Shown here one piece after another: positions 18,312 to 27,811 of a stretch of 64,000 nucleotides of DNA. Positions within the stretch are counted from its first letter, which is position 1. Every line of letters begins with the position of its first letter. The notes beneath the pieces are model-generated. The model saw only the letters and a program-made list of their open reading frames with translations, had not been told where the DNA came from and made no database searches. The DNA comes from Flavobacteriales bacterium (GTDB lineage: Bacteria; Bacteroidota; Bacteroidia; Flavobacteriales; Flavobacteriaceae), in NCBI GenBank assembly GCA_011525015.1, contig WTJC01000023.1, positions 2,062-66,061 on the forward strand. Reading direction: 5' to 3'. Made by a program: the position numbers and the translations under genes.

Positions 18312-20291
18312 TCAGTAGTACAAAACCCTGTTTAATTTTTCATTTAACAATTTATTCAAGGAGATATAATTGATTACCTCCTCGAGCAGCTTAGGATCGC
18401 TTTGGTCTTTGGTTTGTTTTTGAATATTCTCTATGTGTTTTTGAACCCAAACACATCTTAAACTCAAAACAGTTTCTTGTAACCACTGTACGATTTCTGT
18501 TTCTCTTTCTTTCACAAAAATCATTCGCTTTTCCCAATTGTGAATTTGATGTTTATCTGTATCTAAAATTGCTCCAGAAGCAATGTCGATTAAATCAACA
18601 CGTTGGTTCGAATTCAAGTATTGAATAAAGGTCGCACTGTCAAATTGATTTTCTGCGGAATAGAAATTGATCAGTTGGCCGTAGAGTTCTTGAAACTCTT
18701 TGTGTGCTAGGCTCATTTCGTCTTGCTGCAATTCGACATAAATCTTGTCAATAACCTTATACTGCTGCGGTTTTTTAGTCAAAATCAATTCTCCAGAATC
18801 TTTATCCTCTACAAAAACTTCATCGACAAACAATTCTGTGCGATCTCCGTAGAGCAATAAAATTTGAATGAGGTTTTTCTCTAAAACCCATTGTTTATCG
18901 GTATGCTTCTTAGGCTGAGTAGAAACGACTTCAAGATTTTGACTGCTGCTTCTGGTCTGTTTTTGTTGATTTTGACTGCTCTTTTTTTCAATTTGCGCAA
19001 GTGAGCTAAATAGCGTCGCTTCATTCAATTCAAATTGTGCAGCCGTTTGCTTGATGTACAATTCCTTTTTAATACTATCCGGAATGACAGCAATACTTTC
19101 TAAAACGGCTCGAACAGTATTGGATTTTTTGATGGGATCATTTTTGACCTCGTCGAGCAACAATTCACTTTTAAAAGAAATAAAATCTTTTTGATGCGCC
19201 TCTAAATAAGCCAGTATATCTTCTTTTGAATTGTTCTTCGCGAAACTATCTGGATCCTCTCCTTCAGGAACGATACAGACCTTGACGTTCATTCCCTGAG
19301 CCAAAATCAAATCAATACCTCTTATTGCAGCTCTAATTCCCGCAGCATCCGAATCGAATAATACGGTAATGTTTGAGGTCAGTCGCTGAATAATTCGAAT
19401 TTGTTGTTCTGTGAGGGCGGTTCCGCTTGAAGCCACAACATTCTCAATTCCTCTTTGATGCATTTGAATCACATCGGTATAGCCCTCGACGATAATACAG
19501 TTGTCATTTTTAGCAATTGCAGATTTCGCAAAGTATATTCCGTAAAGCACTTTACTCTTATTGTAAATTAAGCTTTCCGGTGAATTGACATATTTGGCGA
19601 TTTTCTTGTCGCTCTCTAAGGTTCTACCACCAAAGCCTAATACCCTGCCACTGTTTGAATGAATGGGAAACATCACCCTTCCCTTAAAGCGATCAAAGGA
19701 TTTCTTTTGGTTGTCTTGATCTTTGACAATGCTCAAACCCGATTGCTCTAAGTACTCTAATTCATATCCTTTTTTAAGAGCCGCTTTGGTCATCGCATCC
19801 CACTGATTAGAACAGTAACCCAACTGAAATTTCTTAATGGTGTGTTCTTTAAAACCGCGTTCTTTGAAGTAACTCAGACCAATAGCCTTACCATTTTCAG
19901 AATTCCACATGGATTCTTCGAAATAGTTTTTTGCAAATTCCGAAACGAGGTACAAACTCTCCATTTGATCAGCAGCCATTTTCTGCTCATCGGTTTGGGC
20001 GGTTTCTTCGATTTCAATTCCGTATTTATTTGCTAAATGCCGAATAGCCTCAGGGTAGGTATAGTGCTCGATTTCCATTAAAAAGGCGATGGCGTTTCCA
20101 CCTTTACCGCTAGAGAAATCCTTCCAGATTTGCTTGACAGGGGAAACCATAAAGCTCGGAGTGCGCTCTTCGGTGAATGGACTTAAGCCTTTGAAGTTTG
20201 CTCCAGATTTTTTCAATTGAACGTAATCTTGAATAACTTCTTCAACTCTAATCGCCTCGTAAACTTTATCAATACTTTCTTTAGAAATCAA
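18312..20291 (-). CDS. dnaG: DNA primase DnaG
   Basis: 659 aa with a zf-CHC2-like N-terminus (degenerate, see finding), a TOPRIM domain (IIVEGYTDVI, LFDSDAAG) and a long C-terminal helicase-interaction region. Confidence 0.92.
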   Translation of the reverse strand: MISKESIDKVYEAIRVEEVIQDYVQLKKSGANFKGLSPFTEERTPSFMVSPVKQIWKDFSSGKGGNAIAFLMEIEHYTYPEAIRHLANKYGIEIEETAQTDEQKMAADQMESLYLVSEFAKNYFEESMWNSENGKAIGLSYFKERGFKEHTIKKFQLGYCSNQWDAMTKAALKKGYELEYLEQSGLSIVKDQDNQKKSFDRFKGRVMFPIHSNSGRVLGFGGRTLESDKKIAKYVNSPESLIYNKSKVLYGIYFAKSAIAKNDNCIIVEGYTDVIQMHQRGIENVVASSGTALTEQQIRIIQRLTSNITVLFDSDAAGIRAAIRGIDLILAQGMNVKVCIVPEGEDPDSFAKNNSKEDILAYLEAHQKDFISFKSELLLDEVKNDPIKKSNTVRAVLESIAVIPDSIKKELYIKQTAAQFELNEATLFSSLAQIEKKSSQNQQKQTRSSSQNLEVVSTQPKKHTDKQWVLEKNLIQILLLYGDRTELFVDEVFVEDKDSGELILTKKPQQYKVIDKIYVELQQDEMSLAHKEFQELYGQLINFYSAENQFDSATFIQYLNSNQRVDLIDIASGAILDTDKHQIHNWEKRMIFVKERETEIVQWLQETVLSLRCVWVQKHIENIQKQTKDQSDPKLLEEVINYISLNKLLNEKLNRVLYY

Positions 20292-20339
20292 AACTTGGTC
20301 TATAAGATGATTTGCTAATTTAGTGGAACATTTTAAAAG

Positions 20340-20573
20340 ATGATATTTTTATTTTTCGGCACACGGACCTTAGATCAAAAGTCAACCCAGAGACACGACT
20401 TGACTTGCTCCCATTGCAATATTAAAGGACAGATTCTTCAGTACAGTCAATCTGAATATTTTCATCTCTTTTGGATTCCGATTTTTAAGATCAAAACGCA
20501 CGAATACGGGCAATGCGAACATTGCAAAAAACATTACTACAGCGAAGACTTAAATGCGATTAATCGACTTTAG
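20340..20573 (+). CDS. Small zinc-ribbon domain protein (two CxxC pairs)
   Basis: 77 aa with CSHC ... CEHC flanking a hydrophobic FHLFWIPIF segment. This pattern is common for small zinc-ribbon proteins in Flavobacteriia. No function can be inferred. Confidence 0.5.
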   Translation: MIFLFFGTRTLDQKSTQRHDLTCSHCNIKGQILQYSQSEYFHLFWIPIFKIKTHEYGQCEHCKKHYYSEDLNAINRL

Positions 20574-21550
20574 ATTTTTCGATCAACCACATAGTTGACC
20601 AAGTTGCTGAGCGCAATACTATAAACAGTCTCTGGATAGGCTTTTAAGATCTCTAAGGCCTTATCTCTAAATTGATTCATTTGAATTTGGGCGTAGTCCA
20701 ATCCTCCTTGTTCAATGACAAAAGCAATAATTTCTTTGACCCGCTTTTTGTTTTTATTGTGCTTTTTTATACCGTCAATAAGCCACTTTTTTTGTGAAGC
20801 GCTGGCCTTTTCAAGCACGTGTAAGAAAGGTAAGGTCATCTTTCGCTCTCGGATGTCAATCCCAGTAGGTTTGCCTACACGATCTTCTGAATAGTCGAAT
20901 AAATCGTCTTTGATTTGAAAGGCCATTCCAGCGTATTCGCCAAATTTCCTAAAGACCTCAACTTCTTTAGAGCCTGGTTTTATAGAGGCGGCCCCCATGG
21001 CGCAACAGGCTGCTATAAGCGTGGCAGTCTTTTGACGAATGATGTCGTAATACACCTCTTCATCTAAATTTAAGTTTCGGGCCTTTTCTAATTGCAGCAG
21101 CTCACCTTGACTCATTTCTCGAACGGCGACCGAGACAATCTTTAAAAGGTCGAAATCGTCGTGATCTAAGGAGAGTAATAAGCCTTTTGAGAAAAAGTAA
21201 TCTCCAACCAATACCGCGATTTTATTTTTCCAAAGGGCGTTGATTGAAAAAAATCCTCGACGCTTTGAAGAATCATCAACAATATCGTCATGAACCAAAG
21301 AAGCGGTGTGAATAAGTTCTATAATCGAGGCACCTCTGTAGGTGCGCTCATTGACCTGGTTGTTTTCGGCTAGTAATTTGGCGACCAAAAAAACAAACAT
21401 CGGTCGCATTTGCTTTCCTTTTCGGGTGGCGATGTAGAAAGTTATTCTGTTGAGCAAACTCACTTGTGAAGACATGGCTTCTTTGAATTTATCTTCAAAG
21501 AGATCCATTTCGGTTTCAATCTCAGCTCTAATTTTGGCTACTTCACTCAA
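20570..21550 (-). CDS. Polyprenyl diphosphate synthase (long-chain trans-isoprenyl diphosphate synthase family)
   Basis: 326 aa with a first aspartate-rich motif LVHDDIVDD and a second motif KDDLFD. Confidence 0.9.
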   Translation of the reverse strand: MSEVAKIRAEIETEMDLFEDKFKEAMSSQVSLLNRITFYIATRKGKQMRPMFVFLVAKLLAENNQVNERTYRGASIIELIHTASLVHDDIVDDSSKRRGFFSINALWKNKIAVLVGDYFFSKGLLLSLDHDDFDLLKIVSVAVREMSQGELLQLEKARNLNLDEEVYYDIIRQKTATLIAACCAMGAASIKPGSKEVEVFRKFGEYAGMAFQIKDDLFDYSEDRVGKPTGIDIRERKMTLPFLHVLEKASASQKKWLIDGIKKHNKNKKRVKEIIAFVIEQGGLDYAQIQMNQFRDKALEILKAYPETVYSIALSNLVNYVVDRKI

Positions 21551-21570
21551 TCGTGGGGATACTTAATTGT

Positions 21571-22626
21571 TTATAAATTTACTGATTTATTGGCGAGTTG
21601 CCCACAGGCCGCATCGATATCCTTTCCTCTTGACCGCCTTACAGTGACCGTAACTTTTTGTGCCTCTAAAGAACGCACATACGCCTCGATAGTGGCATTG
21701 TCTGCCTGTTGAAACTTATCATCGTCAATCGAATTGTATTCAATGATATTCACCTTACACACGGTTTTTTTACAAAAATTAAGGAGTGCTTTAATGTCGG
21801 CTTGTGTATCATTAACACCCTTCCAAACCAAATATTCTAAAGTAACTCTGCTCTTGGTTTGGGAGTACCAGTACTGCAAAGCATCGATTAAATCTTCAAT
21901 AGGGAATTTTTTAGCAAACGGCATGATTTGCTCTCGTACCTCTTGCCTGGCCGAATGTAAGCTCAGCGCCAAATTAATTTTGGCGTTATCATCGGCTAGC
22001 TTCTTGATGAGTTTAGGGATTCCCGAGGTAGATAATGTAATGCGCTTAGGAGACATGTGCAGACCTTCTTTAGAGGTGATAATCTCTATGGCCTTTAAGA
22101 CATTGTTGTAATTCATAAGAGGCTCTCCCATTCCCATAAAAACAATATTGCTCAGCGGTCGGTTGTATATTGTTCTCGATTGGCGATCAATCAATTTGAC
22201 TTGATCAAAGATTTCATCTGCATTCAGATTACGCATTCTTTTAAGCTGGGCGGTTGCGCAGAATTTACAATCTAGACTACAACCTACCTGACTAGAAACA
22301 CAGGCTGTCGTTCTCTTTTCTGTTGGAATAAGAACAGACTCAACCACTAATTCGTCATGAAGCTTGACCGCATTTTTAAGCGTACCATCGTCGCTCTTTT
22401 GCGCGTGAAGATTAGTGACATTGCGTATTTCAAAATGCGCTTGAAGAAAGGCTCTTAACTCCAGTGAGAGGTTGGTCATCTCTTCAAAAGACGACACACC
22501 TTTATTCCAAAGCCATTGATACACTTGATCGGCTCTGTAACTCGGATGATTTTTTGACTTGAAATACGTTTGAAGCTCTGATTTAGAAAAGGTTCTGATG
22601 TCTATTTTTGAATTCGTATCAGACAT
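21571..22626 (-). CDS. rlmN: 23S rRNA (adenine2503-C2)/tRNA methyltransferase, radical SAM
   Basis: 351 aa with radical SAM cluster motif CSLDCKFCAT and C-terminal DIDAACGQL typical of RlmN. Confidence 0.92.
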   Translation of the reverse strand: MSDTNSKIDIRTFSKSELQTYFKSKNHPSYRADQVYQWLWNKGVSSFEEMTNLSLELRAFLQAHFEIRNVTNLHAQKSDDGTLKNAVKLHDELVVESVLIPTEKRTTACVSSQVGCSLDCKFCATAQLKRMRNLNADEIFDQVKLIDRQSRTIYNRPLSNIVFMGMGEPLMNYNNVLKAIEIITSKEGLHMSPKRITLSTSGIPKLIKKLADDNAKINLALSLHSARQEVREQIMPFAKKFPIEDLIDALQYWYSQTKSRVTLEYLVWKGVNDTQADIKALLNFCKKTVCKVNIIEYNSIDDDKFQQADNATIEAYVRSLEAQKVTVTVRRSRGKDIDAACGQLANKSVNL

Positions 22627-22633
22627 CCCCTTT

Positions 22634-23683
22634 TTATAAAATCAACATAGCGTCTCCGTACGAATAGAATCTATATCCTTCTAATACTGCTTGCTTATAG
22701 GCCTTTTCCATCAACTCATGCCCCATAAAGGCAGATACCATCATCAGTAAGGTAGATTTTGGTAAATGAAAGTTGGTCACCATGCAATTTGCAATACTGA
22801 AATCATAAGGAGGAAAGATAAACTTATTGGTCCACCCTTCGTAAGGATTCAAATTGTAGTTCGATGAGACTGAACTCTCTAGTGAGCGCATCACGGTTGT
22901 ACCCACGGCACAAACTCTTCTCTTGTTATTTTTGGCGTTGTTGACCACATCGGTTGCACGCTCATCGATAATCAGTTCTTCACTATCCATTTTGTGCTTG
23001 GATAAATCTTCAACCTCAACCGGATTAAAAGTCCCTAAGCCTACGTGAAGTGTAACTTCTGCAAAGTCAACTCCTTTGATTTCTAAGCGCTTGAGCAGGT
23101 GTTTTGAAAAGTGAAGCCCAGCTGTAGGTGCAGCCACAGCCCCATCGTATTTGGCATATATCGTTTGATAACGCTCTTCATCTTCTGGCTCTACATCTCT
23201 CTTGATGTATTTGGGCAGTGGAGTTTCTCCTAACTCTCTTAGTTTTCTACGAAAATCTGTGTAAGATCCATCAAACAAAAAACGAAGTGTTCTACCTCTT
23301 GAAGTTGTATTGTCAATAACTTCAGCCACAAGACTATCGTCGTCACCGAAATACAATTTATTTCCAATTCTTATTTTACGTGCTGGATCAACCAAAACAT
23401 CCCATAAGCGCTGCTCCTGATTGAGCTCTCTCAATAAAAACACTTCGATTCTCGCTCCGGTTTTTTCTTTATTTCCATAGAGACGAGCAGGAAAAACCTT
23501 GGTATTGTTGAGCACCATCACATCGCCTTCATCGAAATAATCAAGAAGATCTTTAAACATCTTGTGCTCTATTTTACCAGATTCACGGTGAATCACCATT
23601 AAACGTGATTCATCTCTATTTTCAGCAGGATATTCAGCCAATAACTCCTTTGGAAGTTCAAAATCAAAATTGGATAGTTTCAT
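22634..23683 (-). CDS. queA: S-adenosylmethionine:tRNA ribosyltransferase-isomerase
   Basis: 349 aa, [19 protein letters not shown]... with C-terminal [12 protein letters not shown], typical of QueA. Confidence 0.93.
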   Translation of the reverse strand: MKLSNFDFELPKELLAEYPAENRDESRLMVIHRESGKIEHKMFKDLLDYFDEGDVMVLNNTKVFPARLYGNKEKTGARIEVFLLRELNQEQRLWDVLVDPARKIRIGNKLYFGDDDSLVAEVIDNTTSRGRTLRFLFDGSYTDFRRKLRELGETPLPKYIKRDVEPEDEERYQTIYAKYDGAVAAPTAGLHFSKHLLKRLEIKGVDFAEVTLHVGLGTFNPVEVEDLSKHKMDSEELIIDERATDVVNNAKNNKRRVCAVGTTVMRSLESSVSSNYNLNPYEGWTNKFIFPPYDFSIANCMVTNFHLPKSTLLMMVSAFMGHELMEKAYKQAVLEGYRFYSYGDAMLIL

Positions 23684-23701
23684 AATGACGTATTAGGGGC
23701 G

Positions 23702-23709
23702 CAAAGATA
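23702..23709 (-). promoter_or_regulatory. Candidate -7 box (TATCTTTG) for queA
   Basis: The minus strand matches TAnnTTTG, 18 nt upstream of the queA ATG at 23683. Confidence 0.35.
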
Positions 23710-23751
23710 CAATATTGAAAGGGGGCTTGTCAAGAGATTCGACAGATTAGT

Positions 23752-24990
23752 TTAGGTAGAAATCTCAAAGCCTATTCGCTTCAAGTCTTTCCAGAAGTCG
23801 GGATAACTCTTTGAAACCACATCTGCCTGGTTTATTCGAAGTGGTATTCGCAGGGCTAAAGGTGCAAAAGCCATAGCCATTCTATGGTCTTGATAGGTGT
23901 CAATTTCTGCCTCCCTACAACTGATTACAGCCTGCTCTAAATGTAAACTATCAGCCGTAATACGAACTTTAGCACCGCATTTTTCCAATTCAATTTTCAT
24001 CGCATTCAAACGGTCAGTTTCTTTGATCGGCAAGGTGTGTAGACCGCATAAATCACAGCACATCCCAAGCCCTAAAGCAGTAACAGCAATGGTTTGAGCG
24101 ATATCTGGGGCATTAGCTAAATCCAAGGTTAAGGGGTTTGAGGCATCTACTGTATTGATTTTCTCTAAGCGAACCTTGTCTTTTAAAAATTCAGTGCGAA
24201 CTCCAAAGCTTTCATAAATCGTGGCCAAAACGCGATCACCTTGCAGTGAAGACTCTTTAAGCACAGACAATTCTATTGAAGAACCTAATGGACTCAGCGC
24301 AACAATGGAATAGTAATAACTCGCTGCACTCCAGTCGCTTTCTACGGCTATTTGTTCTAAGCTTAAATCATCAACATCCAAGGGCTCAACGCGAATGCGA
24401 TTGTTTGAAAACGAAACTTCAGCGCCCAAAGATTGCAGTAAACCTTGGGTCATTTGAATGTAGGGAACAGAAGTCACCTTTCCGATTAAATCAATTTCTA
24501 ATCCTTTCGGCAATGAAGGAGCAATAAGCATTAAGGCAGAGATATACTGGCTACTGATATCAGCGGGCAGGGAAACCTTGTGCTGAGACAACTGACTGCC
24601 TTGAATGTGAAGCGGAGGAAAACCTTCGTTCTCGAGGTATTCAATCTTAGCCCCTAAGTATCTCAAGGCATTGACCAATATTTCAATAGGTCTTTCTTTC
24701 ATTCTTGAAGACCCTGTCAACTCCACTTTTGAACCTTCTTGAGTGGCAAAATACGCCGTTAAAAATCGCATTGCTGTTCCGGCGTGATGAATATCTACCG
24801 TTCCAGATTTGGTCTGTAAACCTTTTTTCATGACCTGAACATCGTCAGCATTAGATAGATTATCAATTGAAAACTGATCAAAAAGTGCTTGTAAAATCAA
24901 TAAGCGATTAGATTCGCTTTTACTGCCTGTAAGGCGCACCGAATCAGTAAGGTTTTGATATTGGTCTTTATATATTCTCAATGCTTGCAT
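23752..24990 (-). CDS. aroA: 3-phosphoshikimate 1-carboxyvinyltransferase (EPSP synthase)
   Basis: 412 aa with the LTGSKSESNRLLIL motif and DHRMAMAFAPLAL near the C-terminus. Confidence 0.92.
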   Translation of the reverse strand: MQALRIYKDQYQNLTDSVRLTGSKSESNRLLILQALFDQFSIDNLSNADDVQVMKKGLQTKSGTVDIHHAGTAMRFLTAYFATQEGSKVELTGSSRMKERPIEILVNALRYLGAKIEYLENEGFPPLHIQGSQLSQHKVSLPADISSQYISALMLIAPSLPKGLEIDLIGKVTSVPYIQMTQGLLQSLGAEVSFSNNRIRVEPLDVDDLSLEQIAVESDWSAASYYYSIVALSPLGSSIELSVLKESSLQGDRVLATIYESFGVRTEFLKDKVRLEKINTVDASNPLTLDLANAPDIAQTIAVTALGLGMCCDLCGLHTLPIKETDRLNAMKIELEKCGAKVRITADSLHLEQAVISCREAEIDTYQDHRMAMAFAPLALRIPLRINQADVVSKSYPDFWKDLKRIGFEIST

Positions 24991-25319
24991 TAATCATTTA
25001 ATTTGGGATTGTTGTGATGCCGCTTATGATCTCGCTTGGCCTTTACATCTAATTTTTTATCAAAGGCCTCTTTGAGGTTTACACCGGTTTGATTCGCTAA
25101 ACAGAGTACTACAAACAAGACGTCAGCAAGTTCTTCTCCTAAATCTTTTTCTTTATCGGATTCTTTTTCACTCTGCTCACCGTATCGTCTGGCAATAATT
25201 CGAGCCACCTCCCCTACTTCTTCGGTGAGTTGTGCCATATTGGTCAACTCGTCAAAGTAACGAACGCCGTGGGATTGAATCCACTCATCTACTTGTTTTT
25301 GTGCATCTTCTATATTCAT
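24990..25319 (-). CDS. MazG-like nucleotide pyrophosphohydrolase (small single-domain form)
   Basis: 109 aa with EEVGEVARI and EELADVLFV, the EExxE-type metal-binding helices of the MazG fold. Confidence 0.8.
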   Translation of the reverse strand: MNIEDAQKQVDEWIQSHGVRYFDELTNMAQLTEEVGEVARIIARRYGEQSEKESDKEKDLGEELADVLFVVLCLANQTGVNLKEAFDKKLDVKAKRDHKRHHNNPKLND

Positions 25320-25321
25320 TC

Positions 25322-25774
25322 TTATTCTCTGTTTTTTGAATCCATTGTAATGGTCACTGGACCGTCATTGAGCAAGTTTACTTTCATATCTGCTCCAAAA
25401 ATACCTGTTTGCACCTTTTTAGGGACATAATCTTGTATAACACTTATAAATTGCTCGTAGAGCGGAATAGCCTGTTCAGGTCTTGCCGCTGCGATAAAAG
25501 AAGGACGATTTCCTTTTTTAGTAGAAGCGTGTAAGGTGAATTGACTAATTACTAAGACCTCTCCATCGATGTCTAAAAGCGATTTATTCATCAAATCATT
25601 TTCATCTCCGAATATGCGCATTTGCACAATTTTTCTACAGAGCCATTCGATATCCTCAGTACTGTCTTCTTGAGTAATTCCAAGCAAAAGCAACAATCCG
25701 TGATCAATAGCTCCAACCACTTGTTCTTCTACACGCACTGAAGCGTTTTTCACCCTTTGAATTACTACTCTCAT
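25322..25774 (-). CDS. dtd: D-aminoacyl-tRNA deacylase
   Basis: 150 aa, MRVVIQRV..., SQFTLHA, NDGPVT, typical Dtd motifs. Confidence 0.93.
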   Translation of the reverse strand: MRVVIQRVKNASVRVEEQVVGAIDHGLLLLLGITQEDSTEDIEWLCRKIVQMRIFGDENDLMNKSLLDIDGEVLVISQFTLHASTKKGNRPSFIAAARPEQAIPLYEQFISVIQDYVPKKVQTGIFGADMKVNLLNDGPVTITMDSKNRE

Positions 25775-26706
25775 TACCTGTAATTTAAGGCCTCATCATC
25801 CTCGAGTATTTGCAAATAACTCTTGTAGCGACTCATCGCTATCTCTCCGGATGCATAGGCTTCTAAGACGGCGCACTTAGGCTCGTCTACATGAAGACAA
25901 TTATTGAATTTGCAGTCTGCTTTCAATTCAAAAAACTCTGGAAAGAAAGATGAAATTTCTTCTTTTTCAATATCGACTAAACCAAATCCCCTGATACCAG
26001 GAGTGTCGACTATACTCCCTCCAAAAGATAAATCGTGCATCTGTGCAAAGGTAGTGGTATGCTGTCCCTGCAAGTGTTGCGTTGATATTTCAGAAGTCTT
26101 GAGCCTAAGTCCTGGTTCTATAGTATTGACTAGGGTTGACTTTCCTACACCAGAATGCCCTGCAAAAGAAGTGGTCTTGTTCTTCATAAGTGCGATCAAT
26201 TCTTGACAGCTTGAAAGCGCTTTGGCAGAAAGTTTCAAACAGGTATACCCTATTTTCTCATAAACCGCAATCAGTTCTTCGAGTGCTACCAATTCTTGTG
26301 CATCATAGGTGTCAATTTTATTGAAAACAAGAACTGTATTGACGTCAAAGGCTTCTGTAGAGACCAAAAAACGATCAATAAACACCGTTGATGTCACCGG
26401 ATTATTCAAGGTGATCAACAAAAAAACCGTATCGATATTAGCGGCTATAATGTGCTGCTGTTTCGAGAGGTTTACGGATTTTCGAACGATGAGATTTTTG
26501 CGCTTTTCAATGTCGTGAATTACTCCAGAAACATCATCAGTCTGAGCTTCTAATTCAAATTGCACCCAGTCTCCTACAGCAACAGGATTGGTTGACTTGA
26601 TTCCATCCATTCTGAATTTTCCTTTAATTCTGCACGAATAGAATTCGCCATTCTCAGCTTTAATCTGATACCAACTTCCTGTAGATTTGTATACTTGACC
26701 GCGCAC
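25774..26706 (-). CDS. rsgA: Ribosome small subunit-dependent GTPase A
   Basis: 310 aa with an OB-fold N-terminus, circularly permuted GTPase motifs (NKID ... GHSGVGKSTLVN) and a C-terminal zinc knuckle CKFNNCLHVDEPKCAV. Confidence 0.92.
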   Translation of the reverse strand: MRGQVYKSTGSWYQIKAENGEFYSCRIKGKFRMDGIKSTNPVAVGDWVQFELEAQTDDVSGVIHDIEKRKNLIVRKSVNLSKQQHIIAANIDTVFLLITLNNPVTSTVFIDRFLVSTEAFDVNTVLVFNKIDTYDAQELVALEELIAVYEKIGYTCLKLSAKALSSCQELIALMKNKTTSFAGHSGVGKSTLVNTIEPGLRLKTSEISTQHLQGQHTTTFAQMHDLSFGGSIVDTPGIRGFGLVDIEKEEISSFFPEFFELKADCKFNNCLHVDEPKCAVLEAYASGEIAMSRYKSYLQILEDDEALNYR

Positions 26707-26725
26707 GCTATCGTTTGGTAATTCC

Positions 26726-27811
26726 TTAAGATTTGTTCAGGATTCTTTCTTGGTGATTGATCGACTCTTGATGGATTGCCTTGAACATTTTCAAAACAAA
26801 TTCTTCGCTTAATCCTTTTTGCTCGCCTTCTAAAATCATTTTACCCAAAATCTCATTCCATCGATTGGATTGTAATACGGCTACATTGCGCTCCTTTTTA
26901 AGCTGACCAATTTGTTGAGCAACACCCATTCGTTCAGAAAGCGTTTCAAGCAAAGCTTGATCGAGTACATCTATATTTGACCTTAAGGCATCCAATTGAG
27001 AAGCGTATTTTGATTCATCATCATCGACCTTGCGAATGCGCAAATCATTCATAATTTCAACCAAGCGATCTGGCGTCACTTGTTGAGCTGCATCAGACCA
27101 AGCATTATCAGGATCACAGTGCGTTTCAATCATCAATCCGTCAAAATTTAAATCTAAAGCCGTCTGAGAAATATCAAAAATCAAATCGCGTTTACCTCCG
27201 ATATGACTTGGGTCATTGATGATCGGTAAATCAGGAAATTTACTTTGTAATTCAATAGCCATTTGCCATTCAGGAATGTTTCTGTATTTGGTTTTTTTAT
27301 AGCTTGAAAATCCTCTATGGATTACACCGAGTTTAGTGATTCCAGCATTATAAAAACGCTCTACAGCTCCTAACCATAAAGACAAGTCTGGATTTACTGG
27401 ATTTTTTATCAGTACAATTTTATCCGTTCCTTCAAGGGCGTCTGCCAATTCTTGAACATTGAATGGACTCACTGTGGTTCTAGCACCAATCCACAACAGA
27501 TCAACATCATTTTCTAAAGCTAAATCAACATGAGCTTTATTGGCCACCTCAGTAGCTGTTTTAAGACCGGTTTCTTCTTTAACCTTCTTGAGCCAGTTCA
27601 ATCCGATGGCACCTACACCTTCAAAATTCCCTGGACGCGTTCTGGGCTTCCATATCCCCGCGCGGTAGTAATTGACATCGGTATCTTTTAATTCGTGAGC
27701 GATTTTTAAGACTTGATCTTCAGTCTCCGCACTACATGGACCTGCAATGACCAAAGGATGTGACAATTGCATGTCATTTAACCAATTTCTGAGTTCTTTT
27801 TTGTTTTCCAT
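26726..27811 (-). CDS. Bifunctional 3-deoxy-7-phosphoheptulonate (DAHP) synthase / chorismate mutase type II
   Basis: 361 aa. The N-terminal ~260 aa is a type I-beta DAHPS/KDO8PS-like barrel (GPCSAE, INDPSH). The C-terminal ~90 aa is an AroQ-type chorismate mutase (LDALRSNIDVLDQALLETLSERMGVAQQIGQLK). Confidence 0.88.
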   Translation of the reverse strand: MENKKELRNWLNDMQLSHPLVIAGPCSAETEDQVLKIAHELKDTDVNYYRAGIWKPRTRPGNFEGVGAIGLNWLKKVKEETGLKTATEVANKAHVDLALENDVDLLWIGARTTVSPFNVQELADALEGTDKIVLIKNPVNPDLSLWLGAVERFYNAGITKLGVIHRGFSSYKKTKYRNIPEWQMAIELQSKFPDLPIINDPSHIGGKRDLIFDISQTALDLNFDGLMIETHCDPDNAWSDAAQQVTPDRLVEIMNDLRIRKVDDDESKYASQLDALRSNIDVLDQALLETLSERMGVAQQIGQLKKERNVAVLQSNRWNEILGKMILEGEQKGLSEEFVLKMFKAIHQESINHQERILNKS

